Of a stretch of DNA of 61,000 nt, positions 27,746 to 35,868 are shown piece after piece (the first letter of the stretch is position 1; each line of letters starts with the position of its first letter). The notes below the pieces were generated by a model. The model was not told the origin of the DNA and searched no databases. It worked only from the letters and a program-made list of their open reading frames with translations. Source of the stretch: Clostridia bacterium. GTDB lineage: Bacteria > Bacillota > Clostridia > Oscillospirales > CAG-272. The position numbers were made by a program, and so were the translations under genes. The stretch spans positions 1 to 61,000 of the forward strand of contig JAFTIH010000023.1 in assembly GCA_017456985.1 (NCBI GenBank). Direction: 5' to 3'.

Positions 27746-28432
27746 TTAATAAAAGAGGTTTGCATCCATACCCGGAAATTTGTGTGAGCCGATGACGAAG
27801 GTGGAGATCTTCGCGATCTCGTCCGCCATCGCGGGGGACAGTCCTTGCAAAAGCGCGAACTTGTAGGCGTCCTCGTAGAGATAGCCTTGGGACACCGCCT
27901 GACTCGTCACGTACTTGCGGTAGCTGTCCGAGCCACGGTAGATCGTGATGGCTTGGTCCGCGATCCGATTCGCCGTCTCCTTGTCAAAGCCGCGTGCGGT
28001 GGTGAGGAAGGTGACGGCAGAGGTCTTGTCCGATATCTCGCGCTTTAAAAGCTCGTTTAGCGCCGCCGTTTCTGCGCTCGTGGTCTCTACGGGCTCCGAG
28101 GCGCTTTGCAAATAGGAAAGATATCCCTTTTGGTTTTCGATCTCCGTTTTCTTTTTGTTTGCAAGGGCGTTTTCCGTGGCGCGTGCGCGCTCCGTCAGGG
28201 CAACGGTGTTTAAGTAATCGCTGTAACCGCTCCCCGTAAGACCGCGCGCGGCAAGGCTTGACGCGCGCTCTCCGTATTCGGCGAGAGAGGCGGCGTAGCG
28301 GTTTTCGGCGGCGCGCTTGGCTTCGCCGTATTCCCGCTTGGCGTCCTTACCGTACAGTGATACCCAGCCCTCATAATCCGAGATCTTCTGGTTCTTGAGG
28401 TAGTCCTTGAGATAGCTCTGTAAGCTTGCCAT
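27746..28432 (-). CDS. Helical hypothetical protein, possible internal virion/ejection protein
   Basis: RBS AAGGAG before ATG 28432; Ala-rich helices with LAARGLTGSGYSDY motif. Confidence 0.5.
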   Translation of the reverse strand: MASLQSYLKDYLKNQKISDYEGWVSLYGKDAKREYGEAKRAAENRYAASLAEYGERASSLAARGLTGSGYSDYLNTVALTERARATENALANKKKTEIENQKGYLSYLQSASEPVETTSAETAALNELLKREISDKTSAVTFLTTARGFDKETANRIADQAITIYRGSDSYRKYVTSQAVSQGYLYEDAYKFALLQGLSPAMADEIAKISTFVIGSHKFPGMDANLFY

Positions 28433-30191
28433 ACGCATCTCCTTTCATTCGTTCTTCCTCCAAGCGGCCACGGAAATATTCGACGTTTTCCTTGGCGCCG
28501 GGGTAGTGTGCGCGCTCCTGACACAGCCAATAGTGCAAAAGCGTTGCGCTTTCCGCGGGGTTGCCAAGCGTTCCCGCGTTGAGGTTTTCGAGGTTTTTCT
28601 CCCACAAAAGCTCCCTCTGCTGCTCCACACAGCTCCCAAGGTCCACCGAAAACAGAAAATCGTCGTTGTACTCGTAGCGCCCCGTTTCGGGATGATAGAC
28701 GATAAAGTCGTAGCGGTTGAACAAGGCGTTCTTCTGTCTGCCGAAGGCGTCGCGATAGGAGATGGGACGGCATTCGTCCGCATACGCCAGATGGTACTCG
28801 AAGAGGATGCGATCCAACTCCGCGTAGGCGGTCTGCTTCATCTTGCGCTTGGACTCAAGCCTGCCCGCCGCCTGCTCCACGAGCAGCTTTTTGGCGTAGC
28901 CCGAGGTCGCGGAGCGATCCGACATGCCGAGATAGGTGTCCGAGATACCGAGAATGCGCTTGGCGTGCTCGTAAAGACGGTCGGATTGGGCGATGTCCTG
29001 CGCAATAGAGGGCGTGGTGTCTAACACACCGTAGCGCTCCTTTTCGTCCCCCGTGCGCAGCTTGATGATCTGTCCGAAGATGGAGTTGTCAAGCGTCAGC
29101 TCCGCGTCGTCGGGAAGAATGGGCGTGACGCCCGAGCGCATCAGCTTTTCAAGGATGCGGCTTTCGATCTTGTTGATCTGCTGTTGCTGGGGGCGGATGA
29201 ATTCGCAATCCGACTGCCCGTACAGCGACTTCTCCTCCGAGGTGTTCTTGCGGATGACGATGGGGAAGCGTCGGGGACGGTAATAGGGAACGTGGGTGGG
29301 GACGAGCTCTGCTCCCCGCAAATTCCCCTCCTCGTCGATATCGGGCGAGAGGGCGGGCAGGGTGCGTCCGTCGGTGAGCGGAAGGTCGTAGGAAAAGAAT
29401 TCCTCCTCCACGGACGAGAGGCTGAGTGCGGGACGAGCGCAAAGGCAAAGGCATTCGCGCTTGCCGCACTTTTTGCAAGTCATCTCCTTGCGGGCGTAGT
29501 AGTCCTCGTGGTCGAGAAGCACCGCGTCACCCGAGTAGGCAAAGGCGCAAACGCGCCCCTCTTCATCCCGCCAGAAGGCGAGGATAAGCTCCACAGTGTC
29601 AAGCTCGTCCCCCTCCTCACCCTCCTCGCGGAGCAGAGAAAGCGGAACGCCGTAGCGCCGTGCGACCTCCTCGGCGGAGGTGCTGAAGCGCAAGAAGCAA
29701 TATTGCATTTCCTCTACGTCATATACGCCCGGCTCGGGAACGAAATCCATCGGGGAGAGGCAAGAAAGCCGTACACCCCCGTGCGCGCCGTTCTTGTGAA
29801 TGGTGGAATCCCACTCGACAAACCACACGCTTCCGCCGTAAACGTAGGTGTAGCGCTCGTCGATGTCGTTGAGCTTTTCAAAGGGAAGCTCGCGGCGCAG
29901 CGCCGCACAAAGCCGCTCGATTGCCTTGGCACAGCGGTCGTTTTGCTCGGTATATTGCTTCGCCTCGGCGGCGGGTGTGGGGATGAGAGTGGAGACCTGC
30001 GACTCGATCAGCTCGTAGGTAATGTTGCGCACGACCGTGGCGTCACGGGTGGCGCCGTCCAGCGAACGGGAGCCCTTGTATTGAGCGCGGTGTCGCTCAA
30101 AGCGCTCGAAAAGCGCGCTGTGGCGGTCGCGGCTTTTTTGGTAAAGTGTCTTGAAATAGGCAAGACGGTCCTTGATGTTGGATAAATTCAT
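28371..30191 (-). CDS. Portal protein (large, P22-like size)
   Basis: 606 aa immediately after terL; NITYELIESQV, SLYGQSD, ILGISDTYLG...SGYAK; ATGA coupling. Confidence 0.85.
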   Translation of the reverse strand: MNLSNIKDRLAYFKTLYQKSRDRHSALFERFERHRAQYKGSRSLDGATRDATVVRNITYELIESQVSTLIPTPAAEAKQYTEQNDRCAKAIERLCAALRRELPFEKLNDIDERYTYVYGGSVWFVEWDSTIHKNGAHGGVRLSCLSPMDFVPEPGVYDVEEMQYCFLRFSTSAEEVARRYGVPLSLLREEGEEGDELDTVELILAFWRDEEGRVCAFAYSGDAVLLDHEDYYARKEMTCKKCGKRECLCLCARPALSLSSVEEEFFSYDLPLTDGRTLPALSPDIDEEGNLRGAELVPTHVPYYRPRRFPIVIRKNTSEEKSLYGQSDCEFIRPQQQQINKIESRILEKLMRSGVTPILPDDAELTLDNSIFGQIIKLRTGDEKERYGVLDTTPSIAQDIAQSDRLYEHAKRILGISDTYLGMSDRSATSGYAKKLLVEQAAGRLESKRKMKQTAYAELDRILFEYHLAYADECRPISYRDAFGRQKNALFNRYDFIVYHPETGRYEYNDDFLFSVDLGSCVEQQRELLWEKNLENLNAGTLGNPAESATLLHYWLCQERAHYPGAKENVEYFRGRLEEERMKGDAYGKLTELSQGLPQEPEDLGL

Positions 30192-31543
30192 AGAGGTTCT
30201 CCGTATTTTTCTTTAAGATAGCGCCGCTCCTCTGCCCCTGCGTTTCGGTAATCCTCCCACATATCCTCGCTCCAATAGCGTCGGCTCGTTGCCACCGCTG
30301 GGGTGGCGGGATGCGTAAAGGTGATGGCAAAGCCGCGAAGCGCGTCGGGTGCGTGTGTGATCGCGTGCGGCTCGCGTAGCGTGTCGCAAGGCGCCGCAGG
30401 GTCGATCAAAAGCATCGGCAGACAGCGGATGAGCTCGCGACAGTTGCGGAAGATTTTTAAACGCGGCGTACCGTCCGCTTTTTCCTTGAGCAGCTCCTTG
30501 ACGGCGAGCCAGCCCGCCTCGCGCTCGTTGGAGGATTTGGTGAAATGGACACCGTTCTCCGCAAAAAGGATGGCTTTGCTTTTTCCCGTTTCCTGGGAGC
30601 GGCTCCAAAGGTCGGGCGGTGCGAGCGTCGCATAGATAGTTTCCTTCCCGTTGTACGCGGCGATCGCCTTAGCGGCGTCCGAGATGATCAGATCGCTCTC
30701 GCACAGCTCACGATACACGTAGCTGTCCCCCTCGGGGGAGATGGCGATCCACAGACACGCAAGGCGGTCAAGCCCGTAGTCGATAGAACGGTAGCGCCGC
30801 CAGTGCTCGGGAATGGGAAAGGGGTCGCAGGTGTGCTTTTCCTCCGAAAATTCGTGAAAATACTGTCCTTCGAAAATGTTCCAATCACCGTACAGAAGGG
30901 CGCGCCGCTGGCTTTCGGGCAGGGCGCAAAGGCGCTTTTTGTAGTCGGGGTCGCCCGATGTGAGAAAATGGTTGTCGTCGATCTTCGAGGGGATGAACAG
31001 CCGCGTGTTTTCCCCCGCGGAAAAAACCGTTTCGGGCGGGGCGGGATCGATAAATCTCTCCTTGACCCATACGTGTCCGACACCGCCCGGGTTGGTCGAG
31101 GACTTGACCTGCTTTGGATATCCGCTCGTGCCGCGCAATCTGGATATCAGATAAATATATTGGAATTCCGTGAAGTGCGTCAGCTCATCAAATCGGATCA
31201 CGTCGTATTCCGCCGACTGATACTGGAATACGTCGTTTTCCGTGGCGCAATAGCCAAAGTCGATAAGACTTCCGTTCGTGAATTTCCCCGTATGCTGCGA
31301 GGCGTTGTAAGAGTAGATGTCCTTCGGGTACAGTCCGAGAGAAACGCGGATGAGCGATTTCTCAAGCTCGGCGTAGGTGCGGCGCAGGATCAACTGCTTG
31401 GAGCGGGGATAGCGCACAGCGTAGCGCAAGGCGTCTACGAGCTGTCCGTAGGATTTCCCGCCCCCCGCCGCACCGCCGAAAAGGACCTCCGTGGCGTCTG
31501 CCTTCAAAAAGGCAAGCTGTTTTTTCGTTACGGCGACAGTCAT
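30188..31543 (-). CDS. Terminase large subunit
   Basis: Walker A GGAAGGGKS, Walker B IRFDE, motif C STNPGG, nuclease SIDYG and HAPDALR; all intact. Confidence 0.95.
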   Translation of the reverse strand: MTVAVTKKQLAFLKADATEVLFGGAAGGGKSYGQLVDALRYAVRYPRSKQLILRRTYAELEKSLIRVSLGLYPKDIYSYNASQHTGKFTNGSLIDFGYCATENDVFQYQSAEYDVIRFDELTHFTEFQYIYLISRLRGTSGYPKQVKSSTNPGGVGHVWVKERFIDPAPPETVFSAGENTRLFIPSKIDDNHFLTSGDPDYKKRLCALPESQRRALLYGDWNIFEGQYFHEFSEEKHTCDPFPIPEHWRRYRSIDYGLDRLACLWIAISPEGDSYVYRELCESDLIISDAAKAIAAYNGKETIYATLAPPDLWSRSQETGKSKAILFAENGVHFTKSSNEREAGWLAVKELLKEKADGTPRLKIFRNCRELIRCLPMLLIDPAAPCDTLREPHAITHAPDALRGFAITFTHPATPAVATSRRYWSEDMWEDYRNAGAEERRYLKEKYGEPL

Positions 31544-31911
31544 ACGTCACCTCCTTTCTTCTCGTTTTCATCGGGTTCCTTTAAAAGGATCTCCACCGCA
31601 AAGGGGTCCTTCTCCTCGCGCACCTCGTCAAAGCCGAAGCGCGAGAGCAAAAGAAACTTGGCAAAGGAGCCGTCAAGGCGGCGGTGAAGCGCGCCGTCCG
31701 TGATGCGGTCGGCAAGGATCTCCTCGCACTCCGCATAGATCCTAGCGAAGGCGGAGCTTTTCTTGCATAGACCGCGAAGGGTCGCTCCCGTCATCCCCAC
31801 GGCGTTCGCGAAGCGGACAAAGGAGGGAAGATCCTCTTTGTATTCGCTCCCCTCGCATCCCGCGGTACGGAAGTAATGAAGCATTCTTTTTGCAAGCTCC
31901 TTGGTGCGCAC
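31540..31911 (-). CDS. Terminase small subunit (P22 gp3-like)
   Basis: RBS AAGGAG before GTG 31911; HTH-like PSFVRFANAVGMTGATL, then DGAL...FAKFLL..RFGF; stop overlaps terL start. Confidence 0.75.
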   Translation of the reverse strand: MRTKELAKRMLHYFRTAGCEGSEYKEDLPSFVRFANAVGMTGATLRGLCKKSSAFARIYAECEEILADRITDGALHRRLDGSFAKFLLLSRFGFDEVREEKDPFAVEILLKEPDENEKKGGDV

Positions 31912-32087
31912 GGCGCGTCTCCTTTCGTTCGTTTTTTTCTGTCGTCTCCCGACTACGCTATTATTGTAAAACAAAAGTAACTCCCGATGGGACCAAAAAA
32001 ACCCCCCTTTTTTTGACCCTATTTTGAGTAACGGCAAAAAATGGCAAAATTCGACCCCTTTTGCGGCGCAAAAAAAGCAGTCCGTTA

Positions 32088-32297
32088 GCGTAGTGCCCTT
32101 AAAGGCACTACGCAGCGATATAAATCCCTTGCGGGATTTGCGATATACGCGGTGGCGCGTGCGATATATCTTCGATGCGATATGCCCTTTCGGGCGTGAA
32201 GGGGATTTATATCATATCGCAACCGACCGTGGGGGAGGTTATATCGCATTTGAGCGCGAGCGAAAATATATCGCATTTGCGAAAGCAAATATATCGC
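32088..32297. repeat. Nested multi-hairpin repeat element (GCGATAT x4 then ATATCGC x4)
   Basis: GCGATAT at 32115, 32140, 32161, 32177; ATATCGC at 32214, 32241, 32268, 32291; small hairpins between; extra hairpin 32088-32113. Confidence 0.8.
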
Positions 32298-32335
32298 CGC
32301 AAAAAAGCTTATGTGTCCACAGAAGCAGTGCTTAC

Positions 32336-32380
32336 AAAGAAAAGAGGACAGAGAGTGTAAAAACATTCTCTGTCCTTTTC
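32336..32380. terminator. Terminator hairpin downstream of wecB
   Basis: AGGACAGAGAGTGT-AAAA-ACATTCTCTGTCCT with T-rich tails on both strands. Confidence 0.65.
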
Positions 32381-32453
32381 TTGTCGGTGGGTAGATCGTT
32401 CTATCAAATTTTAAAAACCGTCCTTAGGAGCACGTCTCAATCAGACTGCTTTT

Positions 32454-33527
32454 TTAAGAAAAATATTCCTCGATGATGGACGCGACGCGCTCTGCGGTGT
32501 GCCCGTCGCCAAAGGCGTCGCTGGGATGGCGGGGGCGCGGGGCGTCGAGGTGCGCGGTGAGCGCCTTGCGGACGGCATCCCGCTCCGTGCCGACGGGGAA
32601 GAGCACGCCCGCCTCCACCCCCTCGGGGCGCTCGGTTTCCTCTCGGAGCACGAGCGTGGGGACGCCAAGTGCGGTCGCCTCCTCGCAAACGCCGCCACTA
32701 TCCGTCAGCACTACCGCCGCGCGGTAGAGAAGGTTGGCAAAGTCGCGGCGGGAAAACGGTGCGCAAAGACGGACGCTCTGCTCGCCTCCAAGCGCCGCGC
32801 GAATGGGATGTGACACGGCGGGGTTGGGGTGGACGGGACAAAGGAGCAGCGCGTCGCTTCGTGCGCGTAGCGCCTCGCGCACGCCCTCGCAGACAGCAAG
32901 GAGCGGCGCGCCGATGCTTTCGCGGCGATGCATCGTCAAAAGCACGAGCTTTTTTTCGGGAACAAGGAGAGGGTGGGTAAAATCGGGCGTGATCACCTCC
33001 CACAACCCGTCGATCACGGTGTTGCCCACCCGAAAGACGCACGCCGCCTGCTTTCCCTCACGCAGTAAAGCCGCCTCGGCACGCGCGGTCGGGGCAAAGC
33101 ACAGGGTGGAGAGGGTGTCGATGGTGCGGCGGTAAAGCTCCTCGGGAAAGGGGGCAAAGGGGGTGTTCGTGCGGAGCCCCGCCTCCAAATGAAGGACGGG
33201 GATCGTTTCATAAAACGCTGCAAGCGCCCCGCAAAACGCCGTCAGGGTGTCGCCGTGAACGAGAAGGGCGTCGGGCGTCTCGGCTTTTAAAATGCTTTCA
33301 AGGTGGGAAAGGCAAAGGGCGCTTTTTTCACAAAGACTTCCTTTTATATTAAAAGAGAGGTCCGCGCGGATGCCGTGCTCGGCAAGCGCTCCCTCTAAAA
33401 GCTCCGCGTGTTGACCCGAGGTGCAAAGGCGCGTCGTAAAGCGCCGCCCGCGGCACGCGCGCAAAAAGGGCGCGATCTTCACCACCTCGGGGCGCGTTCC
33501 GACGAGAACGAGTAGTTTTTTGGGCAT
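32454..33527 (-). CDS. wecB: UDP-N-acetylglucosamine 2-epimerase (non-hydrolysing)
   Basis: GTRPEVVK, SGQH, VHGDT, HLEAGLRT, PFPEE, HRRE, TDSGG, ERPEG. Confidence 0.93.
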   Translation of the reverse strand: MPKKLLVLVGTRPEVVKIAPFLRACRGRRFTTRLCTSGQHAELLEGALAEHGIRADLSFNIKGSLCEKSALCLSHLESILKAETPDALLVHGDTLTAFCGALAAFYETIPVLHLEAGLRTNTPFAPFPEELYRRTIDTLSTLCFAPTARAEAALLREGKQAACVFRVGNTVIDGLWEVITPDFTHPLLVPEKKLVLLTMHRRESIGAPLLAVCEGVREALRARSDALLLCPVHPNPAVSHPIRAALGGEQSVRLCAPFSRRDFANLLYRAAVVLTDSGGVCEEATALGVPTLVLREETERPEGVEAGVLFPVGTERDAVRKALTAHLDAPRPRHPSDAFGDGHTAERVASIIEEYFS

Positions 33528-33545
33528 AGCCTCACCTCCTGTGCT

Positions 33546-33574
33546 ACTGTATGAGGTGCGCCGAGGAAAAATGC
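33546..33574 (-). promoter_or_regulatory. Candidate sigma-E (sporulation) promoter of wecB
   Basis: GCATTTT-14bp-CATACAGT just upstream of RBS AGGAGGTGA. Confidence 0.5.
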
Positions 33575-33678
33575 CTGTGCTTTTTTAGAGGATTTTCCCA
33601 TATAGTTTGGTACGGCTTGCCGTGCAAAGACGCTAAACAACGGCAAAATGCAAACAAAGCTTTACTTTTGGGGGAAAT

Positions 33679-35175
33679 ATGGGAGAATTTCTTTTGGGCG
33701 GCGCGCTTCCGCTCCTTCTTTTTGCGGTGGGACTTCTTTATGCGGTGGCGTTGCGGGGGTTCCCGCTTTTGCATCCCGTGCGCACGTTGCGCGAGCTGAC
33801 ACGGTGCGGACGCTCCTCCTTGCGGGCGCTCTCGGTGGCGCTTGGCGGTACGCTCGGGGTGGGGAACATCGCAGGGGTCGCGCTGGCGCTCTCCGCGGGC
33901 GGCGCGGGAGCGCTGTTTTGGATGTGGGTGAGCGCCGCGCTCGCGATGTTCTTGAAATACGGCGAGATCGTGCTTGCCGTCCTCACGCGTAAGCGGGGGA
34001 GCGACGGCACCTGGCAGGGCGGCGCGATGGTCTATCTGCGCACGCGCGGCGGTACGCTCGGACGCGTGGCGGCGGCACTGTTCTGTCTTTTGTGCGTTCT
34101 TTGTGCACTGACGCTGGGCGCCCCCGTGCAGAGCAACACGGCGGCGTCCGCCGCGTTTGATACGCTGGGCGTTCCGCCCGTGGCGGTGGGCGGGCTTCTT
34201 GCCGCCTTGACTGCGCTCGCGGTTTTTGGGGGCTTTGGCAAGATCGCGAGCTTTTGCGAAAAGCTCATCCCCTTGATGAGCGTGCTTTACCTTTGTTTGA
34301 GCCTTTGGGCGGTCGTCACCCATATCGAAAGCCTTCCGCGCGCGCTTTCGTGGGTGGTGCGGGACGCCTTTTCCTTTCGGGCAGGGGGCGCGGGGGTGCT
34401 TGGCTTTCTTTCCGCGCGCGCGGTGCGCTACGGGGTAACGCGCGGTCTTCTTTCCCACGAGGCGGGCGCGGGGACCGCGCCCCTTGCCCACGTTGCGGCG
34501 GAAAACACCGCCGCCTCGCAGGGGGTGCTAGGGATGCTCGAGGTGGGGATCGACACCTTCGTCTTTTGCACGGCGACGGCGCTCCCGCTTTTGATCGCGT
34601 ACCCCGACGGGCTCCCCGCGCTTGGGGGGATGGTGCTGGTAAACGCTGCCTTTTCCTTGCTCGTCGGGCGGATAGCACCTCTTCTTCTTGCCGTGTCCGT
34701 GCTTCTTTTCGCGTATGCGACGGTGCTTGCGTGGTGCCATTACGGAAAATGCGCCGTCCGCTATCTGACGAGTAGCGGAACGGCGCAAACGGGTTATTTG
34801 TGTCTTTACGTGGCGCTCGTGTTCTTTGGCGCCCTTTGGAAGGAAGGGTGGCTTTGGTCGGTCACCGACCTTGCGATCTCGCTTTTGACGATGCTGCACG
34901 GTGCGTGTCTCGTGCCGCTCTTGCCCACGGTCGTCGCGGCAAGCCGCGAAGCGGGCTTATTCGGTGGGAAGCGTGTCCTTTTCCGTCGGCGCGGTGAGCG
35001 ACAGGCGGTCAAGCGCCGCAAGAAAGTCCTCGGGCAGGGGGGCGAAAACGGAAAACGCCGCTCCGCTTGCGGGGTGACGGAAGGAAAGGCGCGCGGCGTG
35101 GAGCATCGTGCGCGCAAAACCCTCACCCTCTCTGCCGTAAAGAGCGTCGCCCACGATGGGGAAGCCCATATGTGA
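33679..35175 (+). CDS. Alanine/glycine:cation symporter (AGCS family)
   Basis: GTLGVGNIAGVA, GGAGALFWMW, GGAMVY, RGLLSHEAGAG, IDTFVFCTATA; last ~70 codons overlap rluA antisense. Confidence 0.88.
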   Translation: MGEFLLGGALPLLLFAVGLLYAVALRGFPLLHPVRTLRELTRCGRSSLRALSVALGGTLGVGNIAGVALALSAGGAGALFWMWVSAALAMFLKYGEIVLAVLTRKRGSDGTWQGGAMVYLRTRGGTLGRVAAALFCLLCVLCALTLGAPVQSNTAASAAFDTLGVPPVAVGGLLAALTALAVFGGFGKIASFCEKLIPLMSVLYLCLSLWAVVTHIESLPRALSWVVRDAFSFRAGGAGVLGFLSARAVRYGVTRGLLSHEAGAGTAPLAHVAAENTAASQGVLGMLEVGIDTFVFCTATALPLLIAYPDGLPALGGMVLVNAAFSLLVGRIAPLLLAVSVLLFAYATVLAWCHYGKCAVRYLTSSGTAQTGYLCLYVALVFFGALWKEGWLWSVTDLAISLLTMLHGACLVPLLPTVVAASREAGLFGGKRVLFRRRGERQAVKRRKKVLGQGGENGKRRSACGVTEGKARGVEHRARKTLTLSAVKSVAHDGEAHM

Positions 35176-35868
35176 GAGGTGTAAGCGGATCTGATGCGTG
35201 CGCCCCGTTTGGGGAAACACGGCGAGAAGTGCGTGCGTGGGAGAGGCAGAAAGCCTACGGAAACGGGTGAGCGCGTGCGCGCCCTCCTCGTGGATCTCGC
35301 GGAGCATCACGCTATGCGGCTTGCGGCGGATGGGGAGCGCGATCTCGCCTGATGCGGGCGGGGTCCCTTCTACCAAGGCGAAATATACCTTTTCCATCCC
35401 GCCGCCTTGCATCTCCTCGGACAGCAAATGCGCGCTGTGGGCATCCCGTGCCACCAGGACGACACCGCTCGTTTCACGGTCAAGACGGGTGATGGCGCGG
35501 AAGATGAAGGGCGCGCTTGCATAGCGGTGGGCAAGTGCGTTGGCAAGAGTGTCCTCGTAGTGTCCGTGCGAGGGGTGCGTGGGCATTCCCGACTCCTTGT
35601 TGCACAAAACGAGGGCGTCGTCCTCGTACAGGATGGATAGGGGAAGGTCGCTTGGCACGAGGTTGTCGTTTGCCTTTTCGTCGTCAAGCGCAAGAGTGAG
35701 CTCGTCCCCCGCGCGAAGCTGTGCGCGCACGGTCACGGGGGCGCCGTTCAAGAGGATGCCGTGCGGCTTTTGCTTTAAGCGGGAAACGGCACGCGTGGAA
35801 AGATGTAAGCGTTCCTTTAAAAAGGAACGGAGGATGCAAGCATCCTCCGAGCAAATCACGATCCTCAT
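34957..35868 (-). CDS. RluA family pseudouridine synthase
   Basis: NKESGMPTHP, RLDRETSG, TGRTHQIRLH, GDALYG; ATG 35868 overlaps hom stop. Confidence 0.93.
   Translation of the reverse strand: MRIVICSEDACILRSFLKERLHLSTRAVSRLKQKPHGILLNGAPVTVRAQLRAGDELTLALDDEKANDNLVPSDLPLSILYEDDALVLCNKESGMPTHPSHGHYEDTLANALAHRYASAPFIFRAITRLDRETSGVVLVARDAHSAHLLSEEMQGGGMEKVYFALVEGTPPASGEIALPIRRKPHSVMLREIHEEGAHALTRFRRLSASPTHALLAVFPQTGRTHQIRLHLSHMGFPIVGDALYGREGEGFARTMLHAARLSFRHPASGAAFSVFAPLPEDFLAALDRLSLTAPTEKDTLPTE

Larger units (their letters stand above)
17495..31911 (-). mobile_element. Phage-derived virion morphogenesis operon (GTA-like or domesticated podovirus-like element)
   Basis: 16 co-oriented, tightly coupled ORFs from terS to three membrane proteins; no integrase, replication, repressor or lysin recognised; flanked by housekeeping genes. 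Confidence 0.8.

Noticed and set aside
17400-32450. Complete inducible prophage with att sites
   Set aside because: No integrase, repressor, replication or lysin genes and no flanking direct repeat or tRNA seen by eye. A decayed prophage is not excluded but no pseudogene debris is visible.
32454-33527. wecB as part of the virion operon
   Set aside because: Co-oriented but separated by ~540 bp containing a terminator hairpin and a repeat element; it is an ordinary host enzyme.
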